Assembly: GCA_039589615.1 (NCBI GenBank)
Contig: JBDHHA010000005.1
Coordinates: forward strand, 4,431 to 68,430
DNA from: Gemmatimonadota bacterium
Lineage (GTDB): Bacteria > Gemmatimonadota > Gemmatimonadetes > Gemmatimonadales > GWC2-71-9
Length of the DNA: 64,000 nt
Reading direction: 5' to 3'
A program made the position numbers and the translations under genes. This document shows, one piece after another, positions 17,671 through 28,506 of the stretch (positions within the stretch are counted from its first letter, which is position 1; the number at the start of each line of letters is the position of its first letter). Below the pieces are notes generated by a model. It ran no database searches. It had not been told where the DNA came from and was given only the letters and a program-made list of their open reading frames with translations.

Positions 17671-18351
17671 TCAAGCGACCCCGAAGTGAGGTCCGGCCCG
17701 GCCCACCACCCGGGCCACCTGCTCCTCGAAGGCCAGGTCCGTGGTATCGATGTGGATGGCATCGTGTGCCGGCTTCAGGGGTGAGACGGCCCGGTTGGAG
17801 TCGATGGTATCCCGGCGCTGGAGGTCGCTGGAGACCTGTTCCAGCTCGGCGACCGACTCCTCGAGCCCCTGCTCCAACGCCCGCCGGCGAGCCCGCTCCC
17901 CCACAGCGGCGGTGAGGAAGATCTTCACCACCGCATCGGGAAAGACCACCGTGCCGATGTCCCGACCGTCGGCCACCGCGCCCCGGGGGTGCCGGGCCAC
18001 GGCGTCCCTCAGGGCCGCCGTAACCCACGTTCGGACGGCGGGCAGCGCCGACACCGGCGAGACGTGTTCGTTGACCCGGGCGGAGCGGACCTCCTGGGAC
18101 ACGTCAACCCCGGCGACGATGGGGTGGAACTTGCCGTCTACGTCCTGAAGCTCGACCCGCTTCGCTTTGGCGACCTCCACCACCAGGTCCCCCTCCAACG
18201 GCACCTCCGCATCCAGCGCTGCGAGGGTCACCGCCCGATACAGCGCCCCGCTGTCCACATGCGCCAGGTTGAGTTGCGCGGCCACCGCCTTGGCCGTGGT
18301 GCTCTTGCCCGACCCGGCCGGGCCGTCGATGGCGATTACGCGGCTAGCCAC
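17671..18351 (-). CDS. cmk: Cytidylate kinase
   Basis: 226 aa with P-loop IAIDGPAGSGKST. It lies between aroA and rpsA (conserved order). Confidence 0.9.
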   Translation of the reverse strand: MASRVIAIDGPAGSGKSTTAKAVAAQLNLAHVDSGALYRAVTLAALDAEVPLEGDLVVEVAKAKRVELQDVDGKFHPIVAGVDVSQEVRSARVNEHVSPVSALPAVRTWVTAALRDAVARHPRGAVADGRDIGTVVFPDAVVKIFLTAAVGERARRRALEQGLEESVAELEQVSSDLQRRDTIDSNRAVSPLKPAHDAIHIDTTDLAFEEQVARVVGRAGPHFGVA

Positions 18352-19606
18352 GGGTGACCACCCGGTCCAGGTCCTTGAAGAACCCGGGATAGCTCACCTG
18401 GGGAGAGCGATCCTCCGAGAGCTCCACCGACCCGCCGCGCATACGACCCATGACCGCAAAAGCCATGGCCATACGGTGGTCGAACCCGGTCTCGACCGCC
18501 CCACGGGGCGGTTTGGACATGCCGGACACCTGTAGGGTCTCGTCCTCGGCCCGGCACTCGGCGCCCACCGAGGTGAGGTTCGCCGCCAGGAGATTCAATC
18601 GGTCACTTTCTTTCACTCTGAGCTCCGATACGCCTTTGAACGTGGTCTGTCCGGCCGCGGCGGTTGCCACCACGGCCAACACCGGGATCTCGTCGATCAG
18701 GGAGGGCACCTCATGGGCGTGCACCTCGGTTCCCCAAAGGTCGGACGCCCGGACCAACACCTCACCCACCGGCTCACCCAAACACTCTGAGAATTCCCGG
18801 ATCTCGATGTCGGCACCCATTCTCCTCAGCACCTGCACGAACCCGAGGCGGGTCGGGTTCACCAGCATGTTACGCAACGTCACCTCTCCGGTACCCGCCA
18901 GCAATGCGGCTGCAACGAGAAACGCCGCCGACGACGGATCGCCGGGAATCGTTGCGTCGAACGAGGGGATCTCATCCACCGGCTTGAAGCGGACCGTCGT
19001 GTCGTCAACGATCACGCTCGCGCCGAGGGCCCGCAGCATACGCTCGGTGTGATCCCGGGACAAGAACGGCTCGGTTACCGAGACGGCGACACCGGCGACG
19101 AGACCCGCGAAGAGGATCGCGCTCTTCACCTGGGCGCTGGCCGTCTCCGTAGCGTAGTCGATGGACCGCAGTGCACCGCCCCGCACCTCCAACGGCAAGC
19201 CGTCCCCCCCAAGCTCGACGAACGTAGCACCCATCTGCTGCAGCGGATGGGTCACCCGCCGCATGGGACGGCCCCGCAACGAGCGATCGCCCGTCACCCG
19301 GGCGGTAAACGGGCAGGCGGCCAGAACCCCCAGGAGAAACCGGGCGGCGGTGCCCGAGTTGCCACAGTGGAGGCCCCCTTCGGGCTTGGTCAAGCCCGCG
19401 AGACCGCCACCCCGCACCCGCAGGCGCCCGCGGAGCGGTGAGACGGCCACGCCGAGACGACGCAACGCCGCCGCCATCGACCGCACGTCCAAAGAGGTCA
19501 GCGGATGCTCGATGGTGCTCTCCCCGCAGGCCAGCGCAGCTAACAGCAGGGCGCGGTGCGTGAGACTCTTGTCTCCCGGAAGCTCGATGACCGTTCTCTC
19601 TGCCAT
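18344..19606 (-). CDS. aroA: 3-phosphoshikimate 1-carboxyvinyltransferase (EPSP synthase)
   Basis: ATG 19606 gives [31 protein letters not shown]. The upstream 53 aa of the ORF-track entry overlap tyrA and are rejected. Confidence 0.9.
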   Translation of the reverse strand: MAERTVIELPGDKSLTHRALLLAALACGESTIEHPLTSLDVRSMAAALRRLGVAVSPLRGRLRVRGGGLAGLTKPEGGLHCGNSGTAARFLLGVLAACPFTARVTGDRSLRGRPMRRVTHPLQQMGATFVELGGDGLPLEVRGGALRSIDYATETASAQVKSAILFAGLVAGVAVSVTEPFLSRDHTERMLRALGASVIVDDTTVRFKPVDEIPSFDATIPGDPSSAAFLVAAALLAGTGEVTLRNMLVNPTRLGFVQVLRRMGADIEIREFSECLGEPVGEVLVRASDLWGTEVHAHEVPSLIDEIPVLAVVATAAAGQTTFKGVSELRVKESDRLNLLAANLTSVGAECRAEDETLQVSGMSKPPRGAVETGFDHRMAMAFAVMGRMRGGSVELSEDRSPQVSYPGFFKDLDRVVTRG

Positions 19607-20508
19607 CAGAGATTCCTCCGGAACTCGGCGCCCTTTTCGAGCCACGCCCTGATCGCGTCCGCATCGCCATCCTGGAGGGCCCTGCGCAACAACTGCGAGT
19701 GGCGGTCGTAGGATTCCATTGCGCTGAGCAATGGTTTGCGGTTGAGCATCATGAGATCTCGCCACATCTCCACACTGCTGGCGGCGAGGCGCGTCGTGTC
19801 CAGTGCCCCCGTGCCGAACGTGCCGTCTCTGGGGGCATCACTCGCCAGGGTGACCGCCAGGACGGTGGAGACGGCCTGTGGCAAGTGGCTCGTCCACGCC
19901 ATCACCTGGTCATGCCACGCCGCATCCACGACCGCCGGTGACGCACCGAGGCGCTGCCAGAACTCCATCACGACCTGGGCCGTCTCCTCCTTCGCCGACC
20001 CGTTGGACACGAAGACCACGGCGCCGGGCACCATGTCGGCCCGGGCGGCGCCAAAACCGGATTCGTGGGTCCCGCAGAACGGGTGAGACGCCACCACCGA
20101 TGCGCCCGTACCCAGCTCGCGTGCCGTTTCGAGCAACGGGAGCTGGACGCTCGCCACGTCGGTCAGCACGGCACCGCCCCGCTGCAAACCATCGTGCACC
20201 CGTGCGAGGAGGCTCAGGTTCGCCTTCGGCGGCGCCGCCAGCACGACGAGATCCGCTTCGTCGATCACCGCCTCCGGTGACGCCACAATCTCGGTCACCG
20301 CCCCGCACTCCGCCGCAGCCTCACAGTCGTCGTCGGCCTGAGCGTATCCCACGACCCGCACCCCGGCACGGGTCGCCGCCCACGCAACCGATCCCCCGAT
20401 TGCCCCCAGACCGATCACACCGACACGTTCGGAACTCAGAAAACCCTCCTCAAAACGAAGTGTGGCACGCCCGGCGTGGAATGTAGCCCTCCCCGCCTTC
20501 CTTGACAT
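19606..20508 (-). CDS. tyrA: Prephenate/arogenate dehydrogenase
   Basis: Rossmann motif [13 protein letters not shown], then a dehydrogenase and dimerisation region. The start is uncertain: ATG 20508 was chosen and a shorter form is possible. It is divergent from acs. Confidence 0.7.
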   Translation of the reverse strand: MSRKAGRATFHAGRATLRFEEGFLSSERVGVIGLGAIGGSVAWAATRAGVRVVGYAQADDDCEAAAECGAVTEIVASPEAVIDEADLVVLAAPPKANLSLLARVHDGLQRGGAVLTDVASVQLPLLETARELGTGASVVASHPFCGTHESGFGAARADMVPGAVVFVSNGSAKEETAQVVMEFWQRLGASPAVVDAAWHDQVMAWTSHLPQAVSTVLAVTLASDAPRDGTFGTGALDTTRLAASSVEMWRDLMMLNRKPLLSAMESYDRHSQLLRRALQDGDADAIRAWLEKGAEFRRNL

Positions 20509-20575
20509 CCTCGGCTCAGGAGCCGATTCTCGGCGTCTGCAAGTCGCTCGGATACTGACTTCGGAGCAGCGCACC

Positions 20576-22528
20576 ATGACGGCGAAAGACATTCAGAGCC
20601 TACTCACCGAAGAGCGTAGTTTCGCACCGCCCGAGGCGTTTGCCGCCTCGGCCCGCTGCGGTGGTCTCGACGAGTACCGACGCCTGTACCAGGAGTCGAT
20701 CCACTCCCCGGAGACGTTCTGGAGTCGCGTCGCCGAGGAACTCCACTGGTTCAAGAAGTGGGACAAGGTCCTGGAGTGGGATCCACCGCATGCGAAGTGG
20801 TTCGTGGGTGGCGAGACCAACATCAGTTACAACTGCCTGGACCGGCATCTCGACGGCCCCAGGGCGGACAAGACCGCATTCCTTTGGGAGGGCGAGCCCG
20901 GGGACACCCGCGCACTGACGTATCGTGAGTTGCACCACGAGGTGTGCAAGTTCGCCAATGTTTTGAAGCACCTGGGGATCCAACAAGGCGATCGCGTCTG
21001 CATCTACATGCCGATGGTTCCGGAATTGCCTATCGCCATGCTCGCGTGTGCGCGGATCGGCGCCGCACACAGCGTGGTGTTCGGCGGGTTCAGCGCGAAT
21101 GCCCTCGTCGACCGGATTACCGACGCGGAGGCAAAGGCCGTGATCACCGCCGACGGCGGGTGGCGCCGCGGGTCGGTGGTTCCCCTCAAGGCAGCCGTCG
21201 ACGAAGCCCTGGCCCGGACGCCTTCCGTCGAGAACGTGATCGTGGTCGATCGCACCAGCACACCGGTGGAGATGACGTCGGGGCGCGATCATTGGTGGCA
21301 TGAGTTGATGGCCGACGCCGATCCGGATTGCCCCGCCGAGTCGTTGGACGCCGAACACTTGCTGTACATCCTGTACACGTCGGGAACCACGGGGAAACCG
21401 AAGGGGATCGTCCACACCACGGGTGGCTACATGGTCGGAACGTACCTGACCAGCAAGTACGTGTTCGACCTCCGCGATGACGACGTCTACTGGTGCACGG
21501 CGGACATCGGGTGGGTCACGGGACACTCGTACATCGTGTATGGGATCTTGGCCAACGGGGCGACTGGCGTGATGTACGAAGGAGCACCCAACCACCCGGG
21601 GCCCGATCGGTTGTGGGACATGGTGGAGCGCCACAAGGTCACGGTCTTCTACACTGCACCCACGGCAATTCGTGCGTTCATCAAATGGGGCGATGAACAC
21701 CCGAAGCACCACGACCTCTCGACGCTGCGCCTGCTGGGAACCGTCGGTGAACCCATCAATCCAGAAGCCTGGATGTGGTACCACAAGGTGATTGGCAACG
21801 AGCGGTGCCCCATCGTCGACACGTGGTGGCAAACCGAAACCGGGGCGATCATGATCACGCCTCTCCCGGGGGCGGTTCCCACCAAACCCGGCAGTGCGAC
21901 GCTGCCCTTTTTCGGGGTGGTGCCGGACGTGGTGGATCAACACGGCAAGAGCGTGGACCCACCCAACGGCGGATTCCTCGTCCTCCGACGACCCTGGCCG
22001 TCCATGCTCCGCACCCTGTACGGGGACGACCAGCGCTACCAGGAGCAGTATTGGTCGCAGGTGGAGGGGTGCTACTTCACCGGGGATGGCGCGCATGCCG
22101 ACGCAGACGGGTACTTCTGGCTGTTGGGACGCGTGGACGACGTGATCAACGTCTCAGGACACCGCATGGGGACCGCGGAAGTGGAGAGTGCCTTGGTGAG
22201 CCACGACGCCGTCGCGGAGGCGGCTGTCGTGGGATTCCCACACGAGATCAAGGGCGAAGGAATCGCCGCCTTCGTCACCGTGCGTGGCGGCGTCAGTACC
22301 GGCGGCGATCTCCAGAAGGAGCTCGGCGGGCACGTGGTCTCGGAAATCGGCGCCATCGCCCGACCCGATCAAATCCGCTTCACCGACGCGCTCCCGAAGA
22401 CGCGATCCGGAAAGATCATGCGCCGGCTGCTCCGGGACATTGCCGGCGGCAAGGCAGAGGTGGGTGACACGACGACGCTGGAGGATTACAGCGTCTTGGC
22501 CAAGCTTCGCGAATCGGAGGAGGGATAG
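20576..22528 (+). CDS. acs: Acetyl-CoA synthetase
   Basis: ATG 20576 ([22 protein letters not shown]). It has the AMP-binding motif [11 protein letters not shown] and C-terminal [11 protein letters not shown]. Confidence 0.92.
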   Translation: MTAKDIQSLLTEERSFAPPEAFAASARCGGLDEYRRLYQESIHSPETFWSRVAEELHWFKKWDKVLEWDPPHAKWFVGGETNISYNCLDRHLDGPRADKTAFLWEGEPGDTRALTYRELHHEVCKFANVLKHLGIQQGDRVCIYMPMVPELPIAMLACARIGAAHSVVFGGFSANALVDRITDAEAKAVITADGGWRRGSVVPLKAAVDEALARTPSVENVIVVDRTSTPVEMTSGRDHWWHELMADADPDCPAESLDAEHLLYILYTSGTTGKPKGIVHTTGGYMVGTYLTSKYVFDLRDDDVYWCTADIGWVTGHSYIVYGILANGATGVMYEGAPNHPGPDRLWDMVERHKVTVFYTAPTAIRAFIKWGDEHPKHHDLSTLRLLGTVGEPINPEAWMWYHKVIGNERCPIVDTWWQTETGAIMITPLPGAVPTKPGSATLPFFGVVPDVVDQHGKSVDPPNGGFLVLRRPWPSMLRTLYGDDQRYQEQYWSQVEGCYFTGDGAHADADGYFWLLGRVDDVINVSGHRMGTAEVESALVSHDAVAEAAVVGFPHEIKGEGIAAFVTVRGGVSTGGDLQKELGGHVVSEIGAIARPDQIRFTDALPKTRSGKIMRRLLRDIAGGKAEVGDTTTLEDYSVLAKLRESEEG

Positions 22529-22532
22529 ACCG

Positions 22533-23123
22533 ATGGACACACGTGCAGCGTTCTTGACGATCATCGTGGCGGGGGCGGCTTCCGCAGTCACCACGACCGT
22601 GCTCCAGGCCCAGGTAGACATGTCCTGTCCCCATCGCCGGGTGCCGCTGGAAGGGCGGAACAGCCCACTCGATTCCGTCATGTTTCAGATCGACGGACAC
22701 GATCTGAAGATCTGCTACGGGCGACCCTCGGCCCGTGGACGCACGATGATCGGTGGAGATTTGGTGCCCTTCGATCAAGTGTGGCGTACCGGCGCCAACG
22801 AGCCCACCATCATCCACGCCACCGTCCCCGTCTCCATCGCCGGCATCGCCGTGCCGACGGGCACCCATTCCCTTTACGCCGTCCCGGGTGAGCACGAATG
22901 GCAGATCATCGTGAACCGAGCCATCGACCAATGGGGTCACGAACGGTTCTATGCCGGTGAGGTGGAGGCACAGGAGGTGGCCAGGGCGCCGGTGCCCAGC
23001 AGCCGGAATCCCGACTACGTCGAGACGTTCACGATTCGGGTGGCGCGGGACGGGGCGGATTCCACGGTGCTGTTCGAGTGGGAGAACACGAGGGTGACGA
23101 TCCCGATAGCCGCGAGAGACTGA
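22533..23123 (+). CDS. Exported DUF2911-like protein
   Basis: ATG 22533 with a signal-like N-terminus. ICYGRPSARGRTMIGGDLVPFDQVWRTGANEPT matches my recollection of DUF2911. Confidence 0.6.
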   Translation: MDTRAAFLTIIVAGAASAVTTTVLQAQVDMSCPHRRVPLEGRNSPLDSVMFQIDGHDLKICYGRPSARGRTMIGGDLVPFDQVWRTGANEPTIIHATVPVSIAGIAVPTGTHSLYAVPGEHEWQIIVNRAIDQWGHERFYAGEVEAQEVARAPVPSSRNPDYVETFTIRVARDGADSTVLFEWENTRVTIPIAARD

Positions 23124-23136
23124 CGCCGTACAAGCA

Positions 23137-23166
23137 CCGCCCCCAAACCCTCGGGCTTGGGGGCGG
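23137..23166. terminator. GC hairpin between convergent genes (bidirectional terminator candidate)
   Basis: ccgcccccaa (23137-46) pairs with ttgggggcgg (23157-66) as a perfect 10 bp stem. An inner ccc/ggg pairing extends it. Confidence 0.5.
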
Positions 23167-23172
23167 CAGGTC

Positions 23173-24069
23173 TCAACGTGCTCTCGATTGCCTCAGGCTG
23201 ATCGACCCATCCCCGGTACTGGCCTCCAAACGCACACCACCACCGTTGATGTCACCCCGCACCCGCCGGCGGCTGATGCGCCCGGTGATCGCAAAGCTGC
23301 GCGCGACGTCGAGATCCTCTCCGTCCAGATCCACCGTCGCTGCAAGTGTCGCCGGCACGTAGAGTGTGATGTCACCGTCGCCGGTTCGGAGCCGCACTCC
23401 GCCGACCGCATCGACTTGAACGTCGATGTCTCCATCGCCGGTGGTCGCCTGGAGCGCACCGGTCGCGGATTCGACGGCGATATCCCCATCCGAGGTTCGG
23501 ATGGTCGTGCGCTCCACGAGCAGCCCCACCGCCGTCACGTCTCCATCGCTCGTCTCGATCTCGACCTCAGATCCCTGAATGCGTCCGAGATCGATGTCGC
23601 CGTCGCTGGTGTCCAACCAGAGCGACCCGTTCAAGTCACCGAGGCGTATGTCTCCGTCCGATGTGCGAATGTCGGCATCAAACCGCTGCGGGACCTTGAT
23701 GTGAACCGCAACACTGAATCCTCGATTGCGTCCCCACTCGGACCGCTGGATCCTAGGATCTCGGGCGGTGACGCGAACCGTGCTGCCCTCCACCCCTGCG
23801 GTGAACTCCATCCGCTCGTACATCTCCGTGGCCCACTCCATGTCTCGGCTGGACAGGAGAACCTCGACTTCGACGCCGTCTCCGGACCACGTGTCGACCG
23901 TGACGTCGCCGTCGGGCACGTCGACCCGCAGTGTTCCGCCGGGACCAACATCGAACTGTTCGCTGAACACGCTTTCGGTTGTCCGTTCCTGGGCCCGAGT
24001 TTCCATCGGCGCCGAAACGGATGCGGACAGGGCGAGCGCCACGAGCACACGGGGTTTGATCGAGGGCAT
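23173..24069 (-). CDS. Exported DUF4097-like beta-helix repeat protein
   Basis: Signal peptide followed by seven repeats of [ST][SG]DG[DS][IV] (TSDGDIRLGD, TSDGDIDLGR, TSDGDVTAVG, TSDGDIAVES, TGDGDIDVQV, TGDGDITLYV, TGDGSISLRQ). Confidence 0.6.
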   Translation of the reverse strand: MPSIKPRVLVALALSASVSAPMETRAQERTTESVFSEQFDVGPGGTLRVDVPDGDVTVDTWSGDGVEVEVLLSSRDMEWATEMYERMEFTAGVEGSTVRVTARDPRIQRSEWGRNRGFSVAVHIKVPQRFDADIRTSDGDIRLGDLNGSLWLDTSDGDIDLGRIQGSEVEIETSDGDVTAVGLLVERTTIRTSDGDIAVESATGALQATTGDGDIDVQVDAVGGVRLRTGDGDITLYVPATLAATVDLDGEDLDVARSFAITGRISRRRVRGDINGGGVRLEASTGDGSISLRQSRAR

Positions 24070-24178
24070 GACGAGATCTCCCGGATAGGGCTGTGTGTTT
24101 TGGAGTTTAGATGGCGGCGGGGCTCAAAGGGTTGGAACTGCGCCGGGAGCGGTTCCATCCCACTCCCGGCAGACGGCG

Positions 24179-25789
24179 TCAGAACCCCGCAGTAGCGAAG
24201 GTCCGCCACACCGGATACTCCGTTGCACCCTCCAGCAGCGCGTCCAACACGTTCCAATTGAGGAAACCGTCACTGGACCTGGGCTCGAGGAGCTTGAACG
24301 CCAGCCGGCCCAAGGGCTGGCCCGTCGGCACCACCGCCGTGCCCGCGGGGAGCGTGCGACTGTCCTGGCGGTAGGCGCCATAAACCACCCGCTCGGTATG
24401 CTGCTGGAACGCTCGCGACGCGACGGTCGTGGAATCGATCCGGAACACTTGCACTGAGAGACGGCTGTCTCGAGCCAACGTGGTGTACTGCACGCCGTGG
24501 GTGCTGAGCTTCTCCAATGCCACGGTGGCTTCGGGTGGGATGAAATACGCCACCGGCACACGCTCTGTCTCCGACGCTTCGAACTCGATGAACTCGTACA
24601 TCTGCTGCCGGGTCACCACGTCGAGGCGGCGAAGAATCGATCTTTCCGAATAGGGATGGGCTTCTTCCACCACCTCGCCCATGAGGATCTCCACCGGCTC
24701 CGCGGAGCGTTTGGGTTGGGCACGGACCGCCAGCTCCGTGCCTGCCAATTCACGGGCATCCACTTCCTCGGTCCGCCTGCGAATCTCCGTCGCTTTCGCG
24801 ACGGCAAAACCGAGGATCCCGTCCACGAAGTACTTCGTGGCAAGCACCCGCTCCTCGAACGTGGCGTAGGCGTATGCCTCGCTGAGAATGGCGAACCGGT
24901 TGCGCAACCCGATGTAGTTGTTGTTGAAGCGCGGGCGGTAATCGAATGTGCGCCAAGCCGGCTCCGTCTGGCGTCGTCCGAAGGAGTTGCCGTAGTCGTA
25001 CGCGTACCACCCCGCCGTTTCGAACAAGTGCTCCCGGGCCGCAACCATCCACTCCGCGTTGAGGGACGAGATCGCGTCGTCGGTGTTGGGATGGAGCGGC
25101 GGCGCATACGTGAGGTGGTAGGCGTGGCGCGTTCCGTTCGTGGTGTGCAGATCGACGCCCACGTGCGGATCGTAGGCGGTCATGAGACTCACCAGGGCCC
25201 GGGCCTCAGGGGAATCGAGTTTCATGTGGTCCCGGTTCAGATCGTAGCCTTGGGCGTTGGGCCGTTGCCCCATCCCGCGAACCGGACCGTGCTGCCGCGG
25301 CCGGTTGTTCACGTCGAATCGCTCGTTCCCATCCGAGTTGTAGATCGGCACGACAAGCAGCACGAGTGAGTCGAACAATTGGGTGTGTTGACCTTGCGCC
25401 ACCTCTCGCAGGAGCATCTGCAGCGCCTCTTTGCCGCACACCTCCCCCGCGTGGATGTTGCCTTGCAGGTAGACCCGGGTCTTTCCTGTGGCCAACACGG
25501 CGTCCGGACTCGTGCCCTCCACGTTGCCCACCACAGCCAGCGGCATCGAACGACCCTCCGAGGTCGTCCCAAACGTCGTGAGCTGGATCAGCGGAGAAGC
25601 TTCAGCCACAGTGTTGAGGAACGCCATGACGTCCTCGTAGGTGCTGGTCTCTTCGTAGTTGGATCGCTCGGCGCGGGTCAGGAGATTCGGGAGACTCTGG
25701 CTCACTGCACCCGTCGGGAGTCCTAGGGCGGCAAGCACGAACCAGCGCGAGAGGTGATAGCGCATGATCATGTCGGGGTTTGGTTTCAT
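24179..25789 (-). CDS. Secreted M14-family zinc carboxypeptidase
   Basis: Signal-like N-terminus and the zinc motif QGNIHAGEVCGKEA (HxxE). The start is ambiguous (ATG 25789, 25771 or 25765). Confidence 0.72.
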   Translation of the reverse strand: MKPNPDMIMRYHLSRWFVLAALGLPTGAVSQSLPNLLTRAERSNYEETSTYEDVMAFLNTVAEASPLIQLTTFGTTSEGRSMPLAVVGNVEGTSPDAVLATGKTRVYLQGNIHAGEVCGKEALQMLLREVAQGQHTQLFDSLVLLVVPIYNSDGNERFDVNNRPRQHGPVRGMGQRPNAQGYDLNRDHMKLDSPEARALVSLMTAYDPHVGVDLHTTNGTRHAYHLTYAPPLHPNTDDAISSLNAEWMVAAREHLFETAGWYAYDYGNSFGRRQTEPAWRTFDYRPRFNNNYIGLRNRFAILSEAYAYATFEERVLATKYFVDGILGFAVAKATEIRRRTEEVDARELAGTELAVRAQPKRSAEPVEILMGEVVEEAHPYSERSILRRLDVVTRQQMYEFIEFEASETERVPVAYFIPPEATVALEKLSTHGVQYTTLARDSRLSVQVFRIDSTTVASRAFQQHTERVVYGAYRQDSRTLPAGTAVVPTGQPLGRLAFKLLEPRSSDGFLNWNVLDALLEGATEYPVWRTFATAGF

Positions 25790-25836
25790 TATATAGAGAC
25801 AAGGTAAGAGACAAGGCCAGGGAGTGATGCGCCAGG

Positions 25837-28422
25837 TCATCGGGGGCCCGACGTGTCCAATATTCGCGCTGCACCGAACAGTGGATCCGCGGACTGCAGC
25901 AGTTTACCCATCAACCGCGTCGGCAGGTCGGACCGCTCTTCGATGAATTCCCGCACGATCGCCGCAGCGGCAGACGAGTTGTGCGAATCCAACGTGGCAC
26001 CGAGCCATCGCTGCGGGAAGAAGATATCGCCTGTGCGCTGAATCTCCTCCAACAGCTCCAAGCTGGGGCGGAGGTATCGGAGCGACTCGCTGGTCCGGAG
26101 CGGATGGTGCAAGAACCGCACTGCATCCAGCACCCAGGGCTCTCGCTCGCGGTTCTGGGCGTCCTCGAGGCTCTCGAAGAAATCGTCACGCGTCGCCCTG
26201 TCGGGAGCGAGTGCGGCACGAACGAAGTCGAATCGCGCTCGGCGGTCCGGGTTGTCGATGCGACTGAGCTGCTCCTCCAGAATCTCGTCGGCGCTATCAG
26301 GATCGCGGATGGCGAGGCCCTCGGCGAGGGCCGTCATATCGGCCTCGGAGATGGGGAGACCGGCCACCACTTCATCGCTTTGCCAGATGCGCCGCAACCG
26401 TTCCGTCGCCTCGGGGGTCAACGCGATGTTTCGATATGCGGAGAAGAAGGCCGATCGCAATGTCCGGTGCGGGGTGGTGCGCACGAGGCGCCACAAGGCG
26501 CGCTCCAGTTCCGGAGCGATCTCGCTGCGAACCTCGCTGGTGAGGTAGCGCCAATACGCCGTCGTGAGATACCCCAGTATCCGACCGGTGTTGAGTTCAT
26601 CGCCTTCCGCCGGCAGGGCTGCTTGCGCGAGCGCAACGAATCGCCGCGGAGCAACGTCCCCGATCAGCATCGCGTCCCACAGCGACACCCACGCCACACC
26701 TCTCGCCAGGGCATCATCTACTTGCGTGATGTGTTCCAGGAGATACGTCCTGGTTGCTTGGTCGAGACGGAACAGCCCGTACCCGACACCTCGCCCGTTG
26801 GGCAGCACGTAGTCGGGGACCGGCAGGCCACGCGCGGCAGAGATTTCGACCTGCGAAGTGTCGAGCTCAACGGAGACGTACCGTGGCGCGCGGCCGTGAA
26901 AGCCGAGCATCACGTCCAGGTGCTGGCGCCACGTTCTTCCCTGCTCCGCCGGGTCTGCCTGAGACAGCGTCAGCGACGCAATCGCCCCGTTCTCCACAGC
27001 GAGGCGTGCCGCTATGGTGGGACGTCCCGGTTCCTGCACCCACACTTCACTCCACGCCGGGAGGTTCAGCTCGGTGCGCGCGTCGAGGATCTCGATCAGA
27101 CCACCCCACGTCGCGTTCCCGAATTGGTGCGTCGCCAGGTACTCTCTCAGCCCGTCGCGGAACGGGTCCTCGCCCATCAGGAGCTCCAGGTGCTTCATCA
27201 CCACCGGGGCCTTCTGATAGATGATGGGGCCATAGAGGGTACCCGCCTGCTGGAGGTTCTCTAGGGCTTGTCGGATCGGATTGGCGCCCCTCGTCCGGTC
27301 TACCTCGTACGCCACGGGGTAGTGCGCCAGCAGGAACCGCAGATCGTGGTCGACATCGGGAAACGCCGGGTTCACGATCTTGGCCGCCATGAAGTTTGCG
27401 AAGACCTCCTTCATCCAGACGTCGTCAAACCACTCCATGGTGACCAGGTCCCCGAACCACATGTGCGCGGTTTCATGGGCGATGAGGCTCGCGCGACCGA
27501 GCAGCTGCTCTTGCGTTGCCGCCTCGTCGAGAAGGACTCGCGACTGCCGATACAGAATCGCCCCGGGGTGCTCCATGCCGCCGTACTGGAAGGACGGGAT
27601 CAGCACGAAGTCGAACTTGTTGAACGGGTATGGGAGGCCGGTGTACGCTTCCAACCACCTGAGCGCCCCGGCATGGAGATCGAAAGCCGCTTGGCGATTC
27701 CGTGCCACCTTCGCGGTATCGGTCTCGCGGTGGTACATGTGAAACGTTCGTCCGTCGCGCTCGCCGGTTTCCACCTGAAACTCGCCTGCGGCAAAGGCAA
27801 AGAGATAGGTACTGATGGGTTTGGTTTCGCCGAAAACGACCGTGGCGCGGTTGCCTGCGATCTCGTGACTCAACCTCTCGCCGTTGGCCGCGGCGCGCCA
27901 CCGAGCGGGGATTTCGAGGGTCAGGCTGTAGCGCGCCTTCAGGTTGGGTTGATCGAACACGGGAAAGGCAACCCGCGCCCGATCCGGAACGAAGAGCGTG
28001 TACAAGAAGTCATCGCTGCGATTGAGCGACCCGTCTCCCGCCCAGAACTCGATCTCGATGGCATTGGGGCCTTCACGGAGCGCACCGGCCGCCACGACGA
28101 CGTGATCGTTCACCGCTTCCCATGGGACCTCGCCCCCATCCACCTTCACGCTCACGACTTTGCTTGCGGGATCGACGAAATCCAACACCACCGGCTGCGC
28201 GTTGCCGGCCAACGTGAAGCTCACCACCTCGTGCCCGTGGATCGGTTGGTCCCGGTCCGAGGGAACGTCGAAGGAAATGCTGTACCGCAGATCGGAGATC
28301 GTATTCGCCCGGTGCACCGCCAACCCCAGGGCGACACCCGGCGAAAGGTCGAGTTGCTCGGCGTCGCGGCACGCCGCGCCTACGACACCAATCACACAGA
28401 GGAGGACCGTATGTGTTCGCAT
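25837..28422 (-). CDS. M1-family aminopeptidase (aminopeptidase N-like), lipoprotein
   Basis: ATG 28422 gives MRTHTVLLCVIGVVGAAC (lipobox). It has the exopeptidase motif YGGMEHPGA and HETAHMWFGDLVTMEWFDDVWMKEVF (HExxH-18-E). Confidence 0.85.
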   Translation of the reverse strand: MRTHTVLLCVIGVVGAACRDAEQLDLSPGVALGLAVHRANTISDLRYSISFDVPSDRDQPIHGHEVVSFTLAGNAQPVVLDFVDPASKVVSVKVDGGEVPWEAVNDHVVVAAGALREGPNAIEIEFWAGDGSLNRSDDFLYTLFVPDRARVAFPVFDQPNLKARYSLTLEIPARWRAAANGERLSHEIAGNRATVVFGETKPISTYLFAFAAGEFQVETGERDGRTFHMYHRETDTAKVARNRQAAFDLHAGALRWLEAYTGLPYPFNKFDFVLIPSFQYGGMEHPGAILYRQSRVLLDEAATQEQLLGRASLIAHETAHMWFGDLVTMEWFDDVWMKEVFANFMAAKIVNPAFPDVDHDLRFLLAHYPVAYEVDRTRGANPIRQALENLQQAGTLYGPIIYQKAPVVMKHLELLMGEDPFRDGLREYLATHQFGNATWGGLIEILDARTELNLPAWSEVWVQEPGRPTIAARLAVENGAIASLTLSQADPAEQGRTWRQHLDVMLGFHGRAPRYVSVELDTSQVEISAARGLPVPDYVLPNGRGVGYGLFRLDQATRTYLLEHITQVDDALARGVAWVSLWDAMLIGDVAPRRFVALAQAALPAEGDELNTGRILGYLTTAYWRYLTSEVRSEIAPELERALWRLVRTTPHRTLRSAFFSAYRNIALTPEATERLRRIWQSDEVVAGLPISEADMTALAEGLAIRDPDSADEILEEQLSRIDNPDRRARFDFVRAALAPDRATRDDFFESLEDAQNREREPWVLDAVRFLHHPLRTSESLRYLRPSLELLEEIQRTGDIFFPQRWLGATLDSHNSSAAAAIVREFIEERSDLPTRLMGKLLQSADPLFGAARILDTSGPR

Positions 28423-28506
28423 GGATGCCCAGGCAGGAGGTCCGATCGATAACAACCGGGAACCTAACTGGGCCCATGCGATAGGCAAGACAACCGCGCG
28501 TGTGGT

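Noticed and set aside
20600-22096. 498-aa minus-strand ORF antisense to acs
   Set aside because: No motifs and Arg/Pro/Gly-rich. acs on the plus strand is full length with the AMP-binding signature.
24070-24178. 8-bp hairpin GCCGGGAG...CTCCCGGC and small ORFs (24095, 24111 +) in the spacer after the M14 gene
   Set aside because: The hairpin lacks a U-run and is only a weak terminator candidate. The small ORFs extend antisense into the M14 gene and have no SD or recognisable features.
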